This document shows positions 44,574 through 56,202 of a stretch of 64,000 nucleotides of DNA, piece after piece (position 1 is the first letter of the stretch; every line of letters starts with the position of its first letter). A program made the translations under genes and the position numbers. Below the pieces are notes generated by a model, which had not been told where the DNA came from, did no database searches, and saw nothing but the letters and a program-made list of their open reading frames with translations. The DNA comes from Cyanophora paradoxa CCMP329. Taxonomy: Eukaryota; Plantae; Glaucophyta. The DNA lies in assembly GCA_004431415.1 (NCBI GenBank), contig QPMI01000179.1, positions 62,001 through 126,000 of the forward strand. Direction: 5' to 3'.

Positions 44574-47500
44574 CACTTCGGCATTCAGGTTACAGCAGCT
44601 CCACTTCGGCTCTTTGGCTCCACACTGGAGACCCCTGTGAGATTATGGGATTTCAGGGGTCAACTGCCGTCTGCCAATCTGTGTATCTTGTGCGCGAGAC
44701 AAGAGCACCTTTTCAGCGCTTACCACTATCAAAATCAAATCTAGCGCCCTTGATAAAGCCCAGGTACACTTCTGTACTCAGTTAAAAGGTTGGGATCGTT
44801 TTCAGGCTTCATGATCAATTCTCATGATCGTCATGAACACTGCATGCATGGGTGCTCAGATGCTCACTGCGACCGATATTGAAACCTAGGGCCCATATCG
44901 CATGCACCCCTGAGCATGCTGTTGGGGGTTCTCCAGGGCGGACTTGATTCGAATTGACACCCCTGAACCTGCTGTTGGGGGTTCTCGAGGGCGCTAGATT
45001 TGATTATGCAGTTGGTTTAAGACAGTTCCAAGTCTGTGCTGCCCTGCGAATTGGCAAGGAATGAAGTGTGGGCTTTGGGGTCCACTATTGCTTGGCGATG
45101 CAAGAGCACCTTTTCAGCGCTAACCACTATCAAAATCAAATCTAGCGCCCTTGATGTCTCTTTGGTGTAGACTGTGTGTTGTTGCACTTTGGGGGCTGAG
45201 TGGCCATCGCCCAGAACAGCAGCTCCACTTCGGCAATCTGTGGGTTACCCCTTCGTCACTTGGGCACTCAGGTTACAGCAGCTCCACTTTGGCTCTTCGG
45301 CTCCACACTGGAGACCCCTGTGAGATTATGGGATTTCAGGGGTCAACTGCCGTCTGCCAATCTGTGTATCTTGTGCGCGAGACAAGAGCACCATTTCAGC
45401 GCTTACCACTATCAAAATCAAATCTAGCGCCCTTGATAAAGCCCAGGTACACTTCTGTACTCAGTTAAAAGCTTGGGATCGTTTTCAGGCTTCATGATCA
45501 ATTCTCATGATCATCATGAACACTGCATGCATGGGTGCTCAGATGCTCACTGCGAGCCATATTGAAACCTAGGGCCCATATCGCATGCACCCCTGAGCAT
45601 GCTGTTGGGGGTTCTCGAGGGCGCTAGATTTGATTATGCAGTCGGTTTAAGACAGTTCCAAGTCTGTGCTGCCCTGCCAATAGGCACAAATGAAGTGTGG
45701 GCATTGGGGTCCACTATTGCTTGGCGAGGCAAGAGCACCTTTTCAGCGCTTACCACTATCAAAATCAAATCTAGCGCTCTTGATAAAGCCCAGGTACACT
45801 TCTCTACTCAGTTAAAGGTTGGGATCGTTTTCAGGCTTCATCAATTCTCATGATCATCATAAACACTGCATGCATGGGTGCTGAGATGCTCACTGCAAGC
45901 CATGTTGAAACCTAGGGCCCATATCGCATGCACCCCTGAACATGCTGTTTGGGGTTCCCGAGGGCGCTAGATTTGATTATGCAGTCGGTTTAAGACAAGC
46001 GACGCAGCTCCGTGACTGTGGTTGAGATGCTGACCTTGTTGAACCAGTAAATGTACCGGGGCCCCTTGATGGTCTCTTTGGTGTAATACTGTGTGTTGTT
46101 GTGCTTTGGGGGCTGAGTGGCCGTCACCCAGAACAGCAGCTCCACTTCGGCAATCTGTGGGTTACCCCTTCGGCACTTCGGCACTCAGGTTACAGCAGCT
46201 CCACTTCGGCACTTCGGCTCCAAACTGGAGACCCCTGTGAGATTATGGGATTTCAGGGGTCAACTGCCGTCTGCCAATCTGTGTATCTTGTGCGCGAGAC
46301 AAGAGCGCCTTTTCAGCGCTTACCACTATCAAAATCAAATCTAGCGCCCTTGATAGAGCCCAGGTACACTTCTGTGTGGTTGAGATGCTGACCTTGTTGA
46401 ACCAGTAAATGTACCGGGGCCCCTTGATGGTCTCTTTGGTGTAATACTGTGTGTTGTTGTGCTTTGGGGGCTGAGTGGCCGTCACCCAGAACAGCAGCTC
46501 CACTTCGGCAATCTGTGGGTTACCCCTTCGGCACTTCGGCACTCAGGTTACAGCAGCTCCACTTCGGCACTTTGGCTCCACACTGGAGACCCCTGTGAGA
46601 TTATGGGATTTCAGGGGTCAACTGCCGTCTGCCAATCTGTGTATCTTGTGCGCAAGACAAGAGCGCCTTTTCAGCGCTTACCACTATCAAAATCAAATCT
46701 AGCGCCCTTGATAAAGCCCAGGTACACTTCTGTACTCAGTTAAAAGGTTGGGATCGTTTTCAGGCTTCATGATCAATTCTCATGATCGTCATGAACACTG
46801 CATGCATGGGTGCTCAGATGCTCACTGCGACCCATATTGAAACCTAGGGCCCATATCGCATGCACCCCTGAACATGCTGTTGGGGGTTCTCGAGGGCGCT
46901 AGATTTGATTATGCAGTCGGTTTAAGACAGTTCCAAGTCTGTGCTGCCCTGCTAATTGGCACAAATGAAGTGTGGGCATTGGGGTCCACTATTGCTTGGC
47001 GAGGCAAGAGCACCATTTCAGCGCTTACCACTATCAAAATCAAATCTAGCGCACTTGATAAAGCCCAGGTACACTTCTCTACTCAGTTAAAAGGTTGGGA
47101 TCGTTTCAGGCTTCATGATCAATTCTCATGATCATCATAAACACTGCATGCATGGGTGCTGAGATGCTCACTGCGACCCATATTGAAACCTAGGGCCCAT
47201 ATCGCAAACACCCCTGAGCATGCTGTTGGGGGTTTGCGAGGACGCTGAATTTGATTATGCAGTCGGTTTAAGACAAGCGACGCAGCTCCGTGACTGTGGT
47301 TGAGATGCTGACCTTGTTGAACCAGTAAATGTACCGGGGCCCCTTGATGGTCTCTTTGGTGTAGTACTGTGTGTTCTTGCGCTTTGGGGGCTGAGTGGCC
47401 GTCGCCCAGAACAGCAGCTCCACTTCAGCAATCTGTGGGTTACCCCTTAGGCACATCAGCACTCAGGTTACAGCAGCTCCACTTCGGCTCTTCGGCTCCA

Positions 47501-50500
47501 CACTGGAGACCCCTGTGAGATTATGGGATTTCAGGGGTCAACTGTCGTCTGCCAATCTGTGTATCTTGTGCGCGAGACAAGAGCACCTTTTCAGCGCTTA
47601 CCACTATCAAAATCAAATCTAGCGCCCTTGATAAAGCCCAGGTACACTTCTCTACTCAGTTAAAAGGTTGGGATCGTTTCCAGGCTTCATGATCAATTCT
47701 CATGATCATCATAAACACTGCATGCATGGGTGCTCAGATGCTCACTGTGACCCATATTGAAACCTAGGGCCCATATTGCAAACACCCCTGAGCATGCTGT
47801 TGGGGGTTGTTGAGGGTGCTAGATTTGATTATGCAGTCGGTTTAAGACAGTTCCAAGTCTGTGCTGCCCTGCGAATTGGCACAAATGAAGTGTGGGCATT
47901 GGGGTCCACTATTGCTTGGCGAGGCAAGAGCACTTTTTCAGCGCTTACCACTATCAAAATCAAATCTAGCGCTCTTGAGAAAGCCCAGGTACACTTCACT
48001 ACTCAGTTAAAAGCTTGGGATCGTTTTCAGGCTTCTTGATCAATTCTCATGATCATCATGAACACTGCATGCATGGGTGCTGAAATGCTCACTGCGAGCC
48101 ATATTGAAACCTAGGGCCCATATCGCATGCACCCCTGAACATGCTGTTGGGGGTTCTCAAGGGCGCTAGATTTGATTATGCAGTCGGTTTAAGACATTTC
48201 CAAGTCTGTGCTGCCCTGCAAATTGGCACAAATGAAGTGTGGGCATTGGGGTCCACTATTGCTTGGCGAGGCAAGAGCACCTTTTCAGCGCTTACCACTA
48301 TCAAAATCAAATCTAGCGCTCTTGATATAGCCCAGGTACACTTCTCTTCTCAGTTAAAAGGTTGGGATCGTTTTCAGGCTTCATCAATTCTCATGATCAT
48401 CATAAACACTGCATGCATGGGTGCTGAGATGCTCACTGCGAGCCATATTGAAACCTAGGGCCCATATTGCATGCACCCCTGAACATGCTGTTGGGGGTTC
48501 TCAAGGGGGCTAGATTTGATTATGTGGTAGGTTTAAGACAAGCGACACAGCTCCGTGACTGTGGTTGAGACGCTGACCTTGTTTAACCAGTAAATGTACC
48601 GGGGCCCCTTGATGTTCTCTTTGGTGTAGTACTGTGTGTTGTTGTGCTTTGGGGGCTGAGCGGCCATCGCCCAGAACAGCAGCTCCACTTCCGCAATCTG
48701 TGGGTTAGTTAACCCCTGGCACTTCGGCATTCAGGTTACAGCAGCTCCACTTCGGCTCTTTGGCTCCACACTGGAGACCCCTGTGAGATTATGGGATTTC
48801 AGGGGTCAACTGCTGTCTGCCAATCTGTGTATCTTGTGCGCGAGACAAGAGCACCTTTTCAACGCTTACCACTATCAAAATCAAATCTAGCGCCCTTGAT
48901 AAAGCCCAGGTACACTTCTGTACTCAGTTAAAAGGTTGGGATCGTTTTCAGGCTTCATGATCAATTCTCATGATCGTCATGAACACTGCATGCATGGGTG
49001 CTCAGATGCTCACTGCGAGCCATATTGAAACCTAGGGCCCATATCGCATGCACCCCTGAACATGCTGTTGGGGGTTCTCGAGGGCGCTAGATTTGATTAC
49101 GCAGTCGGTTTAAGACAGTTCCAAGTCTGTGCTGCCCTGCCAATAGGCACAAATGAAGTGTGGGCATTGGGTCCACTATTGCTTGGCGAGGCAAGAGCAC
49201 CTTTTCAGCGCTTACCACTATCAAAATCAAATCTAGCGCTCTTGATAAAGCCCAGGTACACTTCTCTACTCAGTTAAAGGTTGGGATCGTTTTCAGGCTT
49301 CATCAATTCTCATGATCATCATAAACACTGCATGCATGGGTGCTGAGATGCTCACTGCGAGCCATATTGAAACCTAGGGCCCATATCGCATGCACCCCTG
49401 AACATGCTGTTGGGGGTTCCCGAGGGTGCTAGATTTGATTATGCAGTCCGTTTAAGACATGCGACGCAGCTCCGTGACTGTGGTTGAGATGCCGACCTTG
49501 TTGAACCAGTAAATGTACAGGGGCCCCTTGATGGTCTCTTTGGTGTAGTACTGTGTGTTGTTGCGCTTTGGGGGCTGAGTGGCCGTCGCCCAGAACAGCA
49601 GCTCCATTTCAGCAATCTGTGGGTTACCCCTTCAGCACTTCGGCACTCAGGTTAGCAGCTCCACTTCGGCACTTCGGCTCCACACTGGAGACCCCTGTGA
49701 GATTATGGGATTTCAGGGGTCAACTGCTGTCTGCCAATCTGTGTATCTTGTGCGCGAGACAAGAGCACCTTTTCAACGCTTACCACTATCAAAATCAAAT
49801 CTAGCGCCCTTGATAAAGCCCAGGTACACTTCTGTACTCAGTTAAAAGGTTGGGATCGTTTTCAGGCTTCATGATCAATTCTCATGATCGTCATGAACAC
49901 TGCATGCATGGGTGCTCAGATGCTCACTGCGAGCCATATTGAAACCTAGGGCCCATATCGCATGCACCCCTGAACATGCTGTTGGGGGTTCTCGAGGGCG
50001 CTAGATTTGATTACGCAGTCGGTTTAAGACAGTTCCAAGTCTGTGCTGCCCTGCCAATAGGCACAAATGAAGTGTGGGCATTGGGGTCCACTATTGCTTG
50101 GCGAGGCAAGAGCACCTTTTCAGCGCTTACCACTATCAAAATCAAATCTAGCGCTCTTGATAAAGCCCAGGTACACTTCTCTACTCAGTTAAAGGTTGGG
50201 ATCGTTTTCAGGCTTCATCAATTCTCATGATCATCATAAACACTGCATGCATGGGTGCTGAGATGCTCACTGCGAGCCATATTGAAACCTAGGGCCCATA
50301 TCGCATGCACCCCTGAACATGCTGTTGGGGGTTCCCGAGGGTGCTAGATTTGATTATGCAGTCCGTTTAAGACATGCGACGCAGCTCCGTGACTGTGGTT
50401 GAGATGCCGACCTTGTTGAACCAGTAAATGTACAGGGGCCCCTTGATGGTCTCTTTGGTGTAGTACTGTGTGTTGTTGCGCTTTGGGGGCTGAGTGGCCG

Positions 50501-53500
50501 TCGCCCAGAACAGCAGCTCCATTTCAGCAATCTGTGGGTTACCCCTTCAGCACTTCGGCACTCAGGTTAGCAGCTCCACTTCGGCACTTCGGCTCCACAC
50601 TGGAGACCCCTGTGAGATTATGGGATTTCAGGGGTCAACTGCTGTCTGCCAATCTGTGTATCTTGTGCGCGAGACAAGAGCACCATTTCAGCGCTTACCA
50701 CTATCAAAATCAAATCTAGCGCCCTTGATAAAGCCCAGGTACACTTCTCTACTCAGTTAAAAGGTTGGGATCGTTCCCAGACTTCATGATCAATTCTCAT
50801 GATCATCATGAACACTGCATGCATGGGTGCTCAGATGCTCACTGCGACCCATATTGAAACCTAGGGCCCATATTGCAAACCCCCCTGAGCATGCTGTTGG
50901 GGGTTCTCGAGGACGCTGAATTTGATTATGCAGTCGGTTTAAGACAGTTCCAAGTCTGTGCTGCCCTGCCAATAGGCACAAATGAAGTGTGGGCATTGGG
51001 GTCCACTATTGCTTGGCGAGGCAAGAGCACCTTTTCAGCGCTTACCACTATCAAAATCAAATCTAGCGCTCTTGATAAAGCCTAGGTACACTTCTCTACT
51101 CAGTTAAAGGTTGGGATCGTTTTCAGGCTTCATCAATTCTCATGATCATCATGAACACTGCATGCATGGGTGCTGAGATGCTCACTGCGAGCCATATTGA
51201 AACCTAGGGCCCATATCGCATGCACCCCTGAACATGCTGTTGGGGGTTCCCGAGGGCGCTAGATTTGATTATGCATGCGGTTTAAGACAAGCGACGCAGC
51301 ATTGTGACTGTGGTTGAGATGCTGACCTTGTTGAACCAGTAAATGTACAGGGGCCCCTTGATGGTCTCTTTGGTGCAGTACTGTGTGTTGTTGCGCTTTG
51401 GGGGCTGAGTGGCCGTCGCCCAGAACAGCAGCTCCATTTCAGCAATCTGTGGGTTACCCCTTCAGCACTTCGGCACTCAGGTTAGCAGCTCCACTTCGGC
51501 ACTTCGGCTCCACACTGGAGACCCCTGTGAGATTATGGGATTTCAGGGGTCAACTGCTGTCTGCCAATCTGTGTATCTTGAGCGCGAGACAAGAGCACCA
51601 TTTCAGCGCTTACCACTATCAAAATCAAATCTAGCGCCCTTGATATAGCCCAGGTACACTTCTCTACTCAGTTAAAAGGTTGGGATCGTTCCCAGACTTC
51701 ATGATCAATTCTCATGATCATCATGAACACTGCATGCATGGGTGCTCAGATGCTCACTGCGACCCATATTGAAACCTAGGGCCCATATTGCAAACACCCC
51801 TGAGCATGCTGTTGGGGGTTTGTGAGGACGCTGAATTTGATTATGCAGTCGGTTTAAGACAGTTCCAAGTCTGTGCTACCATGCAAATCGGCACAAATGA
51901 AGTGTTGGCAATTGGGGCCCACTATTGCTTGGGGAGGCAAGAGCACCTTTTCAGCGCTTACCACTATCAAAATCAAATCTAGCGCTCTTGATAAAGCCCA
52001 GGTACACTTCTCTTCTCAGTTAAAGGTTGGGATCGTTTTCAGGCTTCATCAATTCTCATGATCATCATGAACACTGCATGCATGGGTGCTGAAATGCTCA
52101 CTGCGAGCCATATTGAAACCTAGGGCCCATATCGCATGCACCCCTGAACATGCTGTTGGGGGTTCCCGAGGGCGCTAGATTTGATTATGCATGCGGTTTA
52201 AGACAAGCGACGCAGCATTGTGACTGTGGTTGAGATGCTGACCTTGTTGAACCAGTAAATGTACAGGGGCCCCTTGATGGTCTCTTTGGTGTAGTACTGT
52301 GTGTTGTTGCGCTTTGGGGGCTGAGTGGCCGTCGCCCAGAACAGCAGCTCCATTTCAGCAATCTGTGGGTTAAAAAAGAAGAGTATGTATAAGACACGTG
52401 GGTTACCCCTTCAGCACTTCGGCACTCAGGTTAGCAGCTCCACTTCGGCACTTCGGCTCCACACTGGAGACCCCTGTGAGATTATGGGATTTCAGGGGTC
52501 AACTGCTGTCTGCCAATCTGTGTATCTTGAGCGCGAGACAAGAGCACCATTTCAGCGCTTACCACTATCAAAATCAAATCTAGCGCCCTTGATATAGCCC
52601 AGGTACACTTCTCTACTCAGTTAAAAGGTTGGGATCGTTCCCAGACTTCATGATCAATTCTCATGATCATCATGAACACTGCATGCATGGGTGCTCAGAT
52701 GCTCACTGCGACCCATATTGAAACCTAGGGCCCATATTGCAAACACCCCTGAGCATGCTGTTGGGGGTTTGTGAGGACGCTGAATTTGATTATGCAGTCG
52801 GTTTAAGACAGTTCCAAGTCTGTGCTACCATGCAAATCGGCACAAATGAAGTGTTGGCAATTGGGGCCCACTATTGCTTGGGGAGGCAAGAGCACCTTTT
52901 CAGCGCTTACCACTATCAAAATCGAATCAAGCGCCCTCGATATACGCCAGGTACACTTCTCGAGTCAGTTAAAAGGTCGGGATCTTTTCCGGGCATCATG
53001 ATCAATTCTCATGAACACCATGACCAATGCATGCATGGGTGCTGAGATGCTCACTGCGACCCATATTGAAACCTAGGGCCCATATCGCATGCACCCCTGA
53101 ACATGCTGTTGGGGGTTCTCAAGGGCGCTAGATTTGATTATGCAGTCGGTTTAAGACATTTCCAAGTCTGTGCTGCCCTGCAAATTGGCACAAATGAAGT
53201 GTGGGCATTGGGGTCCACTATTGCTTGGCGAGGCAAGAGCACCTTTTCAGCGCTTACCACTATCAAAATCAAATCTAGCGCTCTTGATAAAGCCCAGGTA
53301 CACTTCACTACTCAGTTAAAAGCTTGGGATCGTTTTCAGGCTTCTTGATCAATTCTCATGATCATCATGAACACTGCATGCATGGGTGCTGAAATGCTCA
53401 CTGCGAGCCGTATTGAAACCTAGGGCCCATATCGCATGCACCCCTGAGCATGCTGTTGGGGGTTCTCCAGGGCGGACTTGATTCGAATTGACACCCCTGA

Positions 53501-53826
53501 ACCCGCTGTTGGGGGTTCTCGAGGGCGCTAGATTTGATTATGCAGTCGGTTTAAGACAGTTCCAAGTCTGTGCTGCCCTGCAAATTGGTAGGAATGAAGT
53601 GTGGGCATTGGAGTCCACTATTGCTGGCGAGGCAAGAGCACCTTTTCAGCGCTTACCACCATCAAAATCAAATCTAGCACTCTTGATGTAGCCCAGGTAC
53701 ACTTCTCTCTACTCAGTTAAAATGTCGGGATCGTTTCCAGACTTCATGATCAATTCTCATGATCATCATAAACACTGCATGCATGGGTGCTCAGATGCTC
53801 ACTGCGAGCCATATTGAAACCTAGGG
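44574..53826 (+). repeat. Satellite 2: modular array (shared ~275-bp module alternating with a ~75-90-bp or ~290-300-bp module; 915-bp higher-order unit)
   Basis: Equivalent ORF starts at 49553, 50468 and 51383 give a 915-bp period; modules were read directly. Confidence 0.96.
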
Positions 53827-54183
53827 TTCGGATTCCCTCGACTTGTCGCTCTGACAAGTTGTCCCCTCGCTACACTGAGCCATGGATTATCTTGAAGGTA
53901 GTTTCTCATGGCAAAGGTGTTACTTTTCTTGCGGAGTATGTTGGACCTAAGGCCCACAATGCGCCCAAATTGAAATCTCGCATTATGGTTCACGCTTCCA
54001 AGATGGTGCCTTGGACTGAGTAGTTTCTTTCTTTACTTATTGGCGAGCGAGGAGGTCGCCTTTTCTTACTACAGAGCGAGTTGAGCTGAAGCGTAGTTCG
54101 CCTAAGTCAGTGTGTCTTAGTACCCCCTGATGTACCCAAGATCAGCCTGATGTACGGGGGCTTGCCCCTCAGTTGGTGTGTTG
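53826..54183 (+). mobile_element. Gypsy integrase C-terminus, 3' UTR and LTR start (TG at 54082)
   Basis: RIPSTCRSDKLSPRYTEPW...MVPWTE*; inverted copy of ~60480-60840. Confidence 0.88.
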
Positions 54184-54189
54184 GGTGAT

Positions 54190-55469
54190 ACATTGACCCC
54201 AGCAAGATTTCAATCGATTTCTTCGCGTTTTTCACGAATTTCGTCCCGCAGGAGCTGGCTGACACATACAGAGCCCGCATCAGCGACTGGATGTCCGCAG
54301 AACCCGACTGCACATTGGAGGAGGTGCATTTGGGCGGGACGTCGGTCTTTGGGAACCGCACAGCGACGGAAAGCGACGACGAAAATGAAGAGCTGGTGGA
54401 AGACGACGAAGAATTGGAGGATTCAGCGAGAACGTCCCCAATGGTGAGCAAATACACGGATTACGAAATTAATCCCGACGCTAAAACACTGGCCGAGCTC
54501 ATAAAATACCCAGATTTGCAGTCCAGCAACGCCTGCGCATATGATGCAATTATCCAGGCATACACACCGTCATTTGAGTGCACCCGCAAGGCTCGGAAGC
54601 CCAGGTACAGGAACGTAGAGCTGTCCTACGACTGGCTAGTCCAGTTCTTCCACGGCCGCCTGCGACAGGAAGGTGACAGCATGGGGCTTACGCTGAAACA
54701 GTTCACTAAGTTCTTTGAAACGTATTCGCTGGGGCTCAAAGATAACTTGCAGTCGCTGAAAAAGAAGCTGAGCATGATAGAGGACCGTCGGGAGGACGTA
54801 GAAGAAACATCCGCGAGGAAAACCAACTACCACATTGCGAAAGCAGACGAAAAGGAGAACTTTCTCTATGCAGAGACGCTCAACGATTTAATCTCTGTGA
54901 TGCCAGCGGACCATAGTGAAGCTACGTTCATCAAAATCAATTATAACGACAGCCTGGACAACCTCCTATTTGGTTGCCTGAAAGTGATGTTGTATGAGCC
55001 AAACGTGACCATCAATAAATCGGGCCGCGTTTCTTCGCTCACAATCAAAGCAGGTGGCCGTCTGTTTGTGATAGGTAATTATATGGTGCCCAAAGAGAAC
55101 GACCCCGACCCGTTTACGCCGGCCGAAGTATTTGACCAGGCGCATTTCGAAAAATTGCGCGAAATTGACGAGATGTTCAAGCAGTTGCTAATCAACCCTG
55201 TGAACATTAGCAGGCTCGCGCCAGATGTGCGTGAGACCGTGAGGGTGGGCATGCAAAGCGCTCTGTGTGGGCTACTGCAAGATACAGCCCCGTTCAATTG
55301 CACTGCCGTGGACGTCGCAAAGGACTATCCGGCCATGCTGAACCGCATGGAGTACATCCCGACTTTCAACGAATTTGACCGCTTCTGCCCCCGTACGCAA
55401 TTTACTACGTGGCTTGCACGGATTTTGCGGGGCTCAGCGCAGCAAAGCACTGCATGGATGGTTGCTTAG
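54190..55469 (+). pseudogene. Fragment of a large foreign ORF, possibly a divergent family-B (Polinton-like) DNA polymerase
   Basis: 392-aa ORF with the frame open upstream to ~54190. AVDVAKDYPAML resembles PolB motif A (DxxSxYP), followed by PTFNEFD. Truncated on both sides. Confidence 0.4.
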
Positions 55470-55491
55470 ATGCTTATTGCCAGTCATCTTC

Positions 55492-56079
55492 AAACCTAGG
55501 GTCCATATCTCATACACCCCTGAGCGTGCTGTTGGGGGTTCTCAAGGGGGCTAGATTTGATAATGCAGTCGTTTTAAGACAAGCGACGCAGCTCCGTGAC
55601 TGTGGTTGAGATGCTGACCTTGTTGAACCAGTAAATGTACCAGGGCCCCTTGATGGTCTCTTTGGTGTAATACTGTGTGTTGTTGTGCTTTGGGGGCTCG
55701 TTTTGTTTTTCAGGCTTCATGATCAATTCTCATGATCATCATGAACACTGCATGCATGGGTGCTCAGATGCTCACTGCGACCCATATTGAAACCTAGGGC
55801 CCATATTGCAAACACCCCTGAGCATGCTGTTGGGGGTTTGCGAGGACGCTGAATTTGATTATGCAGTCGGTTTAAGACGGTTGAGTGTCTGTGCTACCAT
55901 GCAAATCGGCACAAATGAAGTGTTGGCAATTGGGGCCCACTATTGCTTGGGGAGGCAAGAGCACCTTTTATAGCGCTTACCACTATCAAAATCGAATCAA
56001 GCGCCCTCGATATTGGCCAGGTACACTTCTCGAGTCAGTTAAAAGGTCGGGATCTTTTCCGGGCATCATGATCAATTCT
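55492..56079 (+). repeat. Satellite 2 remnant (continues at 60139-60322 after the LTR element)
   Basis: Same modules as 44.6-53.8 kb. Confidence 0.92.
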
Positions 56080-56191
56080 TGCAAGCGCAAGGGCTTATGC
56101 AGTGGTAGACTTTGTTTTTTTGTATTATCAGAACCCAAGATTAACAACCCCCTACACCTTACATGCACTAGCAGTAGCGGGGGGGCTATCA

Positions 56192-56201
56192 CCCCCTCTC
56201 C
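56192..56201 (-). promoter_or_regulatory. Polypurine tract GGAGAGGGGG
   Basis: Abuts the TG of the 3' LTR. Confidence 0.88.
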
Positions 56202-56202
56202 G

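Noticed and set aside
44574-53826. Repeat-spacer pattern suggestive of CRISPR
   Set aside because: The repeat is ~275 bp, there are only two recurring spacer types, there are no cas genes, and the context is eukaryotic.
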